A stretch of 64,000 nucleotides of DNA from Nitrospinales bacterium (GTDB lineage: Bacteria > Nitrospinota > Nitrospinia > Nitrospinales > VA-1). The notes below the pieces were generated by a model that was not told the origin of the DNA, did no database searches, and saw only the letters and a program-made list of their open reading frames with translations. The DNA lies in contig CBDCXL010000002.1 of the NCBI GenBank assembly GCA_965223795.1, positions 224,001 to 288,000 of the forward strand, given 5' to 3'. This document shows, in pieces, positions 35,676 to 46,400 of this stretch (positions are counted from its first letter, which is position 1; every line of letters begins with the position of its first letter). The position numbers and the translations under genes were made by a program.

Positions 35676-36099
35676 CTCTACATTTTTACGTTTCTCTGGC
35701 TATTCCGGATTTCCGGAATCGACCTTTACGAATTGAAGGGAGTGCGATTTTTCAATGGATGGTGTCACATTATAACCGATAACTGCGGCGTTGCGGGAGG
35801 GTTTGAATACGCAGAAGCGGGCACAAAAAAGGCTCTTTCGAGATGGGCCGCCCAGTTGCTGATTCGTGGCCGTTCTCTAATTGAGCCCGTTTGTGTGTTG
35901 GAATGTTGCGCGGATCATCGCGGCAGTCGCTTGCTGCCGGGTCCTCCGCGAAGACGCAATCGCGCCTCACCCCTAGATTAGGGATTGTCTTGATATACGC
36001 ATATACCCGAATCGGGGTGTTTTGTTCAAGACAGGCCAATTCAGCCATTTAGAGCACAGCGGGAACGGCTCGCGAAGCCTTGCGGCCGCCCGCAGTGCT

Positions 36100-36792
36100 T
36101 CAGCAGTCCTCGCACTCGAAAGTGGTTTCTGAAATCCAGGTGACCTTGATGTAATCGGGCAGGATGGTGTTCTTGTTGATTCTGGCGTTTTTCAATTGCG
36201 CGCAGCTGATGAAGCGGGCGAACTTCAGATCGGTTCTCCTGCGGTCGGAACCTCTACGGTCTGCACTCCTGCGGGCTTTTTTCCTTCGATCCATGCCGCC
36301 CCTGCGATCCGTCCCGCGGATGTCCGCCCTGTCCAGCACGGCGCCGGTCAGAACAGCGCCGTTGAAATTGGTGCGTCTGAGGTCGGAGCCACTCAGATTG
36401 GCGCGGCACAGGTTGGCTTCGCTCAGATTGGCGCCTCTGAGATCGGCACCGCTCAAGTCGGCGTTGAGCAGATTGGCACGGCTCAGGTTGGCCTGCCAGA
36501 GCCTGGCCTCGCTGAGATCGGCTTTGGTGAGGGTCGCTTTGAAGAGGTTGGCGTGGCTGAGATTCGCTCCGCTCAGTTTGGCTTGGCTGAAATTGGAGCC
36601 TTTGAAGTCCGCTTCATTGAGCTGCGCTTCGTTGAGGATGACCTGGAAAAAATCCGTGTCGGGCAGTTGAACTTTCACCAGGTCGAATCCGGTCAGGTCT
36701 TCCCCGGCAAAGCCTTTTTCCCGAAGATGGGCGAGAACCTGGCTGTTTTTGGGAATCGGGACCCGCTTTTTCTCTTTTTCGGTATCCGTCAC
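36100..36792 (-). CDS. Pentapeptide repeat protein with DRR-rich insert
   Basis: A(N/D)LxxA repeats; DRRGGMDRR...DRRGSDRR. Confidence 0.9.
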   Translation of the reverse strand: MTDTEKEKKRVPIPKNSQVLAHLREKGFAGEDLTGFDLVKVQLPDTDFFQVILNEAQLNEADFKGSNFSQAKLSGANLSHANLFKATLTKADLSEARLWQANLSRANLLNADLSGADLRGANLSEANLCRANLSGSDLRRTNFNGAVLTGAVLDRADIRGTDRRGGMDRRKKARRSADRRGSDRRRTDLKFARFISCAQLKNARINKNTILPDYIKVTWISETTFECEDC

Positions 36793-36889
36793 AGTCTCCT
36801 CCTCCTGTCAATTATATAGCCAAATGGAAAAGAAAAAAACAGCCCGTGTTCATTATGAGGATTTGTCAAAATGATTTTGGACGATCCGG

Positions 36890-37447
36890 TCATCCCTCCC
36901 AGGGCCGGATGCGGGGAATCCATCGCGGCACGTTTTCCTTATAGCTCTGAAAGTCCTGCCCGAACCGTTTTTGCAAATCGGGCTCTTCCCAAAGCGGGAT
37001 CAGAACCAGGCAGGCGAGCGCGAATACCAGAAACCAGAAAAATAGGGGCAGGGAACCGAAAAGCAGCGCCTCGCCGATGAGCACGGTCCACACGCCCAGC
37101 ATCATGGGATTGCGCGTGTGGCGGTAGGGTCCGCGCGCCACCAGTTTTTTGGGCGGGTCGAACGGTGCCGGCGTGCCTTCTCCGTAATCGGTGAACAGGG
37201 AAACCGTGATCCAGCACAGATAAAGTCCGAAGGCGATAGCGGCGGCGCCCAGAATGGAACGGTGACTCTGAAACGAGAATGCAAATTCCCGCAGCGCACT
37301 CCCCGGACGAGTGAAGTAAAGCAGCAAAGCGGGAATCACGCCCATGACGTTGAGCGGAAACAGCAAAAAAGCTTTGATGAGATTGGGCGAAACTTTCATG
37401 GGCCTGGTTTCCGGCGGGGCGTCTGACAGCGTGCTGCCAATATCCAA
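36890..37447 (-). CDS. ICMT/PEMT-family membrane methyltransferase
   Basis: GTPAPFDPP..LV..GPYRHTRNPM; WEEP.L..RFG..Y...VPRW. Confidence 0.9.
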   Translation of the reverse strand: MDIGSTLSDAPPETRPMKVSPNLIKAFLLFPLNVMGVIPALLLYFTRPGSALREFAFSFQSHRSILGAAAIAFGLYLCWITVSLFTDYGEGTPAPFDPPKKLVARGPYRHTRNPMMLGVWTVLIGEALLFGSLPLFFWFLVFALACLVLIPLWEEPDLQKRFGQDFQSYKENVPRWIPRIRPWEG

Positions 37448-37744
37448 GGACCGCGCCGCTGCTTGCCGGCCGTTCTCAGGCTGGCAGACGCACCGGCAAT
37501 CATACTGACCTTCTGTTCAGTATTTTATACTCTCCCTATTCTATTTTCTTCGCTTTCATTTTTCAGGTTCCGGTTTTTCAATGATTTTTTGTTTGGAACG
37601 ATCCTTGCTGGCAATAACAGCATAAACGGTTGATTTGCCGCGGACCCGCTCCCATCCCGCTCCACCGCATCCGGTTTCCGAGCGCCCGCATTGTCCAACG
37701 GCTACCGCGGCGGCGGGAACCCGCATCCACCTGTCATTGAACCC

Positions 37745-39232
37745 ATGAGGAATCGCATGAAAACACAAAGCCCGGACCAGCATCCGAAAAAGGCGTGCGC
37801 GCGTTTTGCTTTTGCAGTGCTTTCCATGATCGCAGTAATGATTCACAGCGGCTGCACCACAGGGCAGAGCGGCGCGATGCCGCGCACCGCCTCCATGAAT
37901 ACCGGAAACCCGAATGAAGGCGTCAACCTGAACAATCTCGGAGAATCGCACCGGGCCAAAGGCGAATACGACAAGGCCATCGAATATTATGAAAAGGCAC
38001 TGGCGATCGACCTGAAAAAATTCGGGCCGGACCACCCCAATGTGGCGTCATACTGGAACAACATGGGGGTCGCCCTGAACGCAAAGGGAGACTACGACCG
38101 GGCTATCAACTACTATCAAAAGGCGCTCAACAGCGACCTGAAGCGGTTCGGGCCGGACCACGCGCGGGTCACGACCTACTGGAACAACCTGGGAGAATCC
38201 TACCGGGCGAAAGGGGAATACGACAAGGCGCTCACGCACTACCAAAAGGCGCTCAACACCGGATTGAAAACGCTGGGCCCGGATCATCCCAACATCGCGA
38301 CCTACTGGAACAACATGGGCGTCACCTACAACGCCAAGGGCCGGTACGACAAAGCCACGGAATACCACGAAAAAGCGCTCAACAGCGGGCTTAAAAACCT
38401 GCCGTCCGATCACCCGAACATCGCGACCTACCGCAACAATCTCGGTGAAACCTACCGCTCGCAGGGCGAATACGACAAAGCCATCGCCCAGTATGAAGCA
38501 GCGCTGAAAAGCGATCTGAAACACCTGGGCGAACGTCACCCGAACGTGGCGGTCCGCTGGAACAACCTGGGCGAAGCCTGGAGGGGCAAAGGCGAGTACG
38601 ACAAAGCGATCGGCTACTACGAAAAGGCCCTCGATATCGGCCTGAAAACGCTTGGCACAAACCATCCGAATGTGGCGACCTTCCGCAACAACCTGGGCGT
38701 CGCCTGGGACGCGAAGGGCGACAGCGACAAGGCCATCGGCTATTACGAACAGGCGCTGGAAAGCGACCTGAAAACCCTGGGACCGGATCACCCGAACGTC
38801 GCCATGGACTGGAACAATCTGGGCGAAGCCTGGCGGGCCAAGGGCGAGTACGACAAGGCGATCGGGTACTATGAGAAGGCACTGAACAACGCCCTGAAAA
38901 GCCTGGGACCGGACCACCCGGAAGTAGCGACCTTCTGGAACAATCTCGGCGTCGCGCACCGGTCCAAAGGCGAAAACGAAAAGGCGATCGAATACTACGA
39001 AAAGGCGCTCCAAAGCGATCTGAAATCGCTGGGCCCCGAGCACCCGCATGTCGCCGGCGACTGGAACAACCTAGGAGTGGCCTGGAAAGAACAGGGCCAA
39101 TACGACCTGGCGCTCGAGTATTTTGAAAAAGCACGCCGGGTCTACGAAAAAAGCGGCCTGCACAACAAGAAAGAAACCGTGGTGTCCAATATGGAAAGCA
39201 CCCAGCAGGAAATGGAACTTGCACCGCGCTGA
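37745..39232 (+). CDS. TPR lipoprotein (about ten 42-aa repeats)
   Basis: Repeated NNLG.....GEYDKAI.YYEKAL...LGPDHPNVA; HSGC lipobox-like site. Confidence 0.9.
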   Translation: MRNRMKTQSPDQHPKKACARFAFAVLSMIAVMIHSGCTTGQSGAMPRTASMNTGNPNEGVNLNNLGESHRAKGEYDKAIEYYEKALAIDLKKFGPDHPNVASYWNNMGVALNAKGDYDRAINYYQKALNSDLKRFGPDHARVTTYWNNLGESYRAKGEYDKALTHYQKALNTGLKTLGPDHPNIATYWNNMGVTYNAKGRYDKATEYHEKALNSGLKNLPSDHPNIATYRNNLGETYRSQGEYDKAIAQYEAALKSDLKHLGERHPNVAVRWNNLGEAWRGKGEYDKAIGYYEKALDIGLKTLGTNHPNVATFRNNLGVAWDAKGDSDKAIGYYEQALESDLKTLGPDHPNVAMDWNNLGEAWRAKGEYDKAIGYYEKALNNALKSLGPDHPEVATFWNNLGVAHRSKGENEKAIEYYEKALQSDLKSLGPEHPHVAGDWNNLGVAWKEQGQYDLALEYFEKARRVYEKSGLHNKKETVVSNMESTQQEMELAPR

Positions 39233-39249
39233 TGCCGTCTGTTTTCCCG

Positions 39250-39281
39250 CGCCCCCTCCGAATCGGAGGGGGCGTTTTTTT
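39250..39281 (+). terminator. Intrinsic terminator
   Basis: CGCCCCCTCCG-aat-CGGAGGGGGCG then T7. Confidence 0.9.
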
Positions 39282-39374
39282 ATGCTCTGAATTCAACCTG
39301 TTTAATCACTTTGAGCAGAGGGAGATCTTTTCCATGTGAATATTTATTTTCATCAAAACACGATTAAGAACGGA

Positions 39375-39866
39375 TTAAACAGGTCCAGCACTTCTTATTC
39401 GACTAGATGTGGGTCCATAAATGAATTTTTCCAATTCACTCCCCTCCACATCAATGACATACTGGTGCTCTCCTCCGAATAGAAATTGGGTCATAATATT
39501 CAAATTCCCAGGATCATTCTGATACCTTGCTCTACCAAACCATGCTTGAAATGTTTTTCCTGATGGAACGCGCATCTGGTAAATGCGATTCATAGAATTC
39601 CATTTCTCCAAGAGAGCCAAATCCTGCCTTAACATAGTTTTCAAAACCAATGTCTGAAGTGCCGGGTCCTGGGCTCTGTCCGTTGCAAAATCCAAAGCAT
39701 CCCAAAAAACGCATTCGTCAAACCAGTAAAGACCATGAGGTCGGTTGATGTTTCCATCGTGGTCTCTTCCTGCCAATCTCATAAGAGAAATAGGTCCATT
39801 GACTGTAATTTCTCGAGGTTCTCCCCAGAATGAGTCCCGAATTTTATCTGTCATTTTACAAACCAT
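39375..39866 (-). CDS. AT-rich orphan, TNT/Tne2-like toxin-domain candidate
   Basis: R..GLYW...LAL..KWN...VP.G...W.G.A..Q...GG..Q. Confidence 0.5.
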   Translation of the reverse strand: MVCKMTDKIRDSFWGEPREITVNGPISLMRLAGRDHDGNINRPHGLYWFDECVFWDALDFATDRAQDPALQTLVLKTMLRQDLALLEKWNSMNRIYQMRVPSGKTFQAWFGRARYQNDPGNLNIMTQFLFGGEHQYVIDVEGSELEKFIYGPTSSRIRSAGPV

Positions 39867-40118
39867 CTATCCACTCCTGGCTTGGAATAAATCGGATGAT
39901 TATTTAAACTCAATAAAAAGACCGCACTAAATGTACGTAATGTTGACAATTCTACCTGCCTATCATCAGCCAACCAGCCAAACTAGCTTTACTCATATAT
40001 TTCAATGGGTTATAATATTTACATTCGTTTACTGATTCTGGCGTGCATCCCGTTTTCAATCTAAGCAATGTAAATCTGTGACTTCCAAAACCGGGGGACC
40101 GGAACCCAACCGGTGTTT

Positions 40119-40445
40119 ATGAAACGTTTTGCGTACACAGTGTTTCTTTTTCTCGGCGCCTGCTCCAGCGCACCGGACATCGCCCCCGACACGCTGCGTT
40201 CCGGCGAGCCGCCGCGCGTGGAAGCGGCTCTGTCCGCAACGACCTACCGGATCGGGGATTATTCTGTCACCATCGCGCCCTGGGAAACGGTGAACCGCGA
40301 GTATCAGAAAGTCTGCCGGAAAAACTGCGACAAGAGCGTGAAGGGATTCGTCAACTACTCCACACGCGAAGTCTGGTCCATCGCCAGCATTCCCACCGTC
40401 CTGCACGAAGTGAAGCACATCGTCGAAGGCCATTTCCACGAGTGA
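40119..40445 (+). CDS. Small lipoprotein with HExxH motif
   Basis: FLFLGAC lipobox; VLHEVKHIVEGHFHE. Confidence 0.7.
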   Translation: MKRFAYTVFLFLGACSSAPDIAPDTLRSGEPPRVEAALSATTYRIGDYSVTIAPWETVNREYQKVCRKNCDKSVKGFVNYSTREVWSIASIPTVLHEVKHIVEGHFHE

Positions 40446-40481
40446 TCCCGGCGACAACGCCCGCCTGCAAGTTGATAATTC

Positions 40482-43400
40482 TCACAGCCAGTTGTTGATC
40501 ATCAGAAACGGCGACCAGAAAAACGGGTGCCGGAATTCCTGGCTCGCCAGCAGCTTTTTCTGCGCCCGCTGCAGGGCCTGGGCCTTGCTCAGGCCGGGGT
40601 TTTTGAGCTGCTGGTAAAACTCGGCGATCAACTGGGTGGTTCCCGCATCACTGATCTTCCACAGGCTGCCCATGGCGCTGCGGGCTCCCGCCTGGATGGC
40701 GACACCGGCCAGTCCCAATGCGGCGCGGTCGTCCCCCGCGGCGGTCTCGCAGGCACTCAGCACCAGCAGCTCAATGGGGTTTTCGCGGGTCCGCGTCGGG
40801 CCGATGAAGGCGCGCAGCTTGTCCATGTGGATTTTCCCGTCGTAGGCGAGCAGGAAATTTTCCTTCTCGCGCCCGGTGAAGCTGCCGTGCGAGGCAATGT
40901 GCACGATGGACATCTCCTTGCTCTTGAGCGCGCTGCCGAAGTTGTTCACGGTGAAGCTCTGGTTCATCAGCAGGTCGCCGCCGTAAATGTTCTTGATGTT
41001 GGCAACTTCCTGCGGAACGGATTCAAGCGCGGAAAAATCCTGCACCGCTTCGCTCAATCCTGCCAGCAGAAGCCGCACGTTATCCCGGTCCAGAGGTTCA
41101 GGCTGGGTCATGGTCAGACTGGGTGTGACGGCGATGGCGAATTTCTCCACCAGGAATTCATCGCCGTCGTTCAGCGCGGACATGGGCACCGAGCGCAGCG
41201 GCCCGTCGGGGACGAACACCAGAGTGTCGCGTCCGGCCTTGTGCAGGTCCATCTCGAACGGCCGGATGAGCCAGTCGTACAGCCTGCGCGCCGAACCGGA
41301 ATGCTGCTCCGCGCCGCGCTCGACGTACTGGCGGAACTTGTGGATCTCCGCGGTGACCACCCGCTGATCGACGGGTGTGGTGAAGCGCCGGATGCCGTCC
41401 GGAAAGCTGACCAGAAGATCCACCCGGTCTCTGAACAAAACGGGATAGACCACTGCGGCGGTTTCCGAAACGCCTTCCAGGTTGACGGTCCGGGTTTCGG
41501 CTTCGCCGAAGCATTCGTCGCGGAAATATTCGCGCAGCTCGGAGGCGCGGAATTTTTCCAGCGTGTCACGCGCTTCAACGAGGAACAGCTGGGACTTGGC
41601 GGGATCTTTCAGGATCGTGCTGGCCTGCACCAGCGCGTCCACCAGGTCCATGTACACGGGCGACACGATCCGGTGAAAGTGTGCGCTTGAGGAACCATAC
41701 TGGACCAGGCTTTCCTGGCGCGTGTCTTCCAGGATCGTCACCGCGCGCCGGTAGGCACGCAGTGCCGGACCGCGCCTGCCCATGGACCAGAGGATCCGCC
41801 CTTCCTGCCACAGCCAGCGGTAGATCAACTCGGGCGCGTTGGCCGTCCGGGCCGAATTGAGTGCGACGCGCGTCACGTACAGCGCCTCGTCGAGCCGGCC
41901 GCGTTTTTTGTACAGCCTGCCGAGGTTGCCGAGGGCGAAGGAGCGGGCGCGAAATTCGTCCAGGGATTTCGAAACCCGGTACGCGCCCATCAGCGATTCG
42001 TACGCCTTGAGCGTGCCGTGCTTCTCGTGCTGTGCGGACGTGTCCGCCAGTTCTTCGTAGGATTTCGCCAGATGGATCCAGATGGCCACCTTCTCGCTGG
42101 AATCTTCCAGCGATCCGGCCCATTTGAAGGCCCCGTCCAGCAATTGACGCACCCGGTCCCTTCTTCCGGCCTTCAGGGCGGCCCGGGCGCCGTTGGACAG
42201 GGCCTTCACGAACTGCACATTCTGGTTGCCGGCCTTGGCGGCGCGCGCGCTCTGCTCGTACACCCTGAGCGCCTGCCTGAATTCCCCTTCGGTGGCGTGC
42301 AGATTGCCAAGGTTGTTGAGCGAGGTGGTGACCAGGGCGGACTGCCCCGTTTCCTGAGCCAGTTTCAGCCCGCGCGTCAACAGGCGTTTGGCGGTCTTGG
42401 AATCGCCCAGCGCGACGTTGGCGTTGCCCAGGCTGGTCAACAGCGAAGCCGCCTGCACCTTGTCTTTGGTTTGCTTCGCGATTTTAAGCGCCTCCTGCAG
42501 CGTCCCGATCGATTCGGAGAATTTCCCCTGAACCTGCTGGGTTTCAGCGAGCTTGCGCAGCGCGTCGCCGCGCGCGGCCTGATTGCCCAAAGAGGCGTAC
42601 AGCTTTGAGGCGCGCTTCCATGCCTCGCCCGCCTTATCGTAGTTGCCGCCGCGAAACGCGCGCGTGCCCTCGGTGAGCGCACGGGCGCTCTCCACCTGCG
42701 GCGCGTTCGTGTCGAACTGTTCCGCCAGCGCGGGTTGCGTACCGGGAGGCAGGGCCGCCACCTCCAGCGCCTGCCCCGCGTTCATGATGTCGGGATGGTA
42801 GGCCATGAGCAGATCTTCCGGCGAGGCCGGGAGACCGCGCCGCTTGACCACGCGCAGCCCGCCGCGCTCGCCGCCTTCCGGCCGGACCCGGCAGGCGGTC
42901 TTGATGTGGTTGTAGGTCTGGTCGAAGACGGTGACTTCCAACGCGAAGTCGATGTCCTCGTCGACGGTCTCGACGGTCCGGGTGTTCTTTTCATCCGGGT
43001 TGCCCTCGCAGCCCTCCGGACATGGCGGGGGGGCGACGACGGGGCTCTGGATGAGCTTCACCGATCGCACTTCGTCGAAACCGCTCACCAGAATCGAGCC
43101 CGACCGGTCACCGGCGTTTTCCGCTTCGAGCACGGTCCCTTCCTGAATGGTGAGCCGGGACGGATCGCTCACCGTTCCGGTGTAACTCATATGGATGCCG
43201 CTTTCGCTGTGAATTTCCGACTCGTTGAGCAGCTTCACGACGGGAGATCGAACTTCGATGCCATTCTGGCGGATTATCCTGCCCCCGGGGAAATGGACAG
43301 GAGCGCTGGAAGTGCTCTCTCCCTCCGACGCGTTTGCAATCAATTCGCTGTCTGAAAGGGTGAACGCCTCACTGGCGTAAACATCAATGGCAAGATGGTT

Positions 43401-46400
43401 TTCCGCACCCCCTCCAACCAATTCCGCGCCGTCAACAACCTGCACCTCATTGCCAACGACCACCAGTTGCCCCGGACTTTCCAATTGAGTCCCCTGAAAC
43501 CGTACCGGCCCGGTTGGATTGCCGAAAAATCCCGCTATAGTTATTGCCCCTGAAGGTTCAAGAATTTCAATCGAACCACTTCCCGGAACTGAAGGACTTC
43601 CCCCAATCGTGATGATTCCACCGCTGCCAGTCGTGTTGCTTCCCGGATTTTCTGAGCTGATTCCCAACTCCGGAAAATTTCGTGGCTGGGCGGCGGCGGT
43701 GACGAAGGCTCCGGCCGTGTCGATCGTCGCGTTGGGGCCGAAGAACACACCACTCGGATTGATGAAGTAGAAGTTGGCTCCGGGAATCTCAGAGATAATA
43801 GCACCGTCGATGGATGAGGCACCGCCCCCTCTGACCTTGCTGATGATATTTGCATAAATCCTTTCACCCGGATTTTTTGTAAATGTGGCGGACTCTCCTG
43901 AAGCGAGATTGAATTCAGAAAAATAGTGGAACAGGTTTTCCCCATCCGCGACCCCCATGTCTTCGGTGATGACATAGTCCGGCCCGGAGGGCTGCACCAG
44001 AGGACCCTCCTCCTCTAACAGTCCGTCCAGCACAATCCCTCCCGGGCCAAAATCAAATTGCTGCGTCGCGTCCGCCAGTGGATCGAGCGGCGTTCCGAAC
44101 ACGATGTCTTCCGCGGCCACTTCGCTGCCGAAACTGCCGATGCGGAATATGTTGATGCGGCCGCCATACTCGCTGCCGCCTTCCACCTTGATCAAGCTGT
44201 CGTCCTTGATGTGAAAGCGGAAGTCGCCCCCGCATTCGCTGCAGGGCTCGATGTCGATGCCGCCGCCTTTTGCGAGATCACCGGTTTTGGAAAGAACGGT
44301 GGATTCGTTCTCAAGCAGCACGTCGGGGGAGCGGATCTCCACCTCGCCTCCCCTGCCATCGCCTGTGGTTTCTGTTTCGATGGTGCTGCCGGAAAGCGCG
44401 AACTCCGTCACCGCGTCCACCAGAATGTCCCCGCCCGGCCCGCCGTGCGGGCTGTAGTTGTCCTCCCCACCCGCGCTCGGCTCAAACCGGGTGGAAGACA
44501 AAAGCGCTGTCTGTTCCTCGATGCTCACCGAAGGGACATCGACGACCACCTCTCCCCCGGCGGCGGTGCCGGTGGTTTCGCTTTCGATCCGGGTCTGCGA
44601 CAGCTCGATGGCTTCATCGGCGGCGATTTTGATGCCGCCGCCCGATCCGCGTTCGTCATCACATCCAACACAGGTGCCTTCGTATTTTGTGGAAGACAAC
44701 ACGGTGGCCCCGTCGAGGTCCACCGTGGCGGCGTAGATTCCTGGATCTTCTGTGTCCTGAATGAAACCGATGTTGATGTTGCCGCCCTTTCCGTATGCGT
44801 CTTCGGTGACCTCCGATTTCACCGTGCCGCCGTTGAGCGCGAACGTTCCCGCGGCAGCCAGCGAGATGTCGCCGCCGTCGCCGTAAGACTGCGTTTCGCT
44901 CAGGATCGTGGAATCGGCGTCCATATTGAGGACCGGCGACTCCACCTGAATCCGCCCTCCTTCGCCGTCTCCCGCGGTTTCCGATTTCACGATGCTGTTC
45001 ACAAGCGAAACTTCGTTTTCGGCTTTGATGAAAACATCGCCGCCGGCCGCGGCCTCCGAACCGGAATCGCCTGCATATTGAGTTGTGGAAACGATGCGGG
45101 TGTCACGGATTGCCACTGTGGAGTCCAGGAACTCCGTGTCCTGGATGAATCCGATGTGGATGTCGCCGCCTTTGCCATGTCCTTTGGCGCCCACGATGGA
45201 TTTGACATTGCCGCCTGTGAGTGCGAAGCCGTCACCAATGGGGCCGGTATTCTCCTGGAAGCGCAGTGCGATGTCACCGCCATCGCCGTAGGATTCGGCG
45301 CGCACCTGAATCGTGGAATCGGCGTCCATAGTGAGATCCGGCGTGCGCACGGTGATGTCACCGCCGCGCTCCTCTCCATAGCTGATCGTTTCCACGGTCG
45401 AAGGATCGGAACCGTCGGCCTTGCCGGACAAAGTGAAACGTTCCTGCGCCACGATGGTGATGCCGCCGCCGCGCCCCGATTCGATGTTGTTGGTGGTCGT
45501 CGTCGCGACCCGGCTGGCATCCTCTATCTCCAGGAGCGGAGCCTCAATCCGGATGTCCCCGCCTTTGCCGCGATCGCCCGAAGTCTGCGTTTCGATTTTC
45601 GTGTTGGTCAATTTGGCGCTGTTGTCTGCCTGGATCAGGATGTCCCCTGCCACTCCCGGTGCCGCTGCAAATGCCTCGACGATGGAGGTTCCGGAAGTTT
45701 CGCCGTCATCCAGCCGGTCGATCGAAGCCCGGATGTTCGAATTCGTCACCTGGATGTCGCCGCCGTTCAACAGAATGGAACCCAGGCCGTTTTCATTGGT
45801 TTCAAGCAGGCTGTCCGTGACATTGAGCGCGCCGTTTGCGGTGAGATGGATCTCGCCTCCCTGATCGACTTCGATGCCCGAACCCGGGCTGGCAGGAGCG
45901 ATCGTCGCTCTTGTGACATCCACCTGGCCGCCGCTCAGGTTCACGCCTTTGTTGAACGCCAGCGTGCTGTCTTCGACCGTGAGCGTGGCGTTGGAGCCTT
46001 CAAAAAAACCGAAGTCAGTTGGTTTTGAAATGGAAAGAACGGAATTCACATTATCGGGAGTGCCAAACACATCTCCGTTTTCAAAATTGATCCAGTTCGC
46101 AGCACCCGCATTGAATGCACCGTCGATATCCAGTTGAGCGTTAGGGCCGAAAACAACACCGGCTGGATTCAGGAACCAGAAATTGGCGTCAGGAATTATG
46201 GAACGCAAGAGACCGTCTATTCTTGACTCATTGCCTCCTGTGACCCGGCTGAGTACATTGTTGACGCCTGTATCCCCTGCAGACAAAGAAAACGTGGCGC
46301 TTTCCGCAGCCCTAATATTGAAGTCTTCAAAGCTGTGAAATAAGTTCCCGTTTTTGATAATTCCAATATCACTTGGAATGCTAAAATTCGGTCCCGATAG

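Noticed and set aside
37900..39150. 126-bp periodic repeats as a CRISPR or non-coding array
   Set aside because: They are in-frame 42-aa TPR coding repeats with synonymous variation and no spacers
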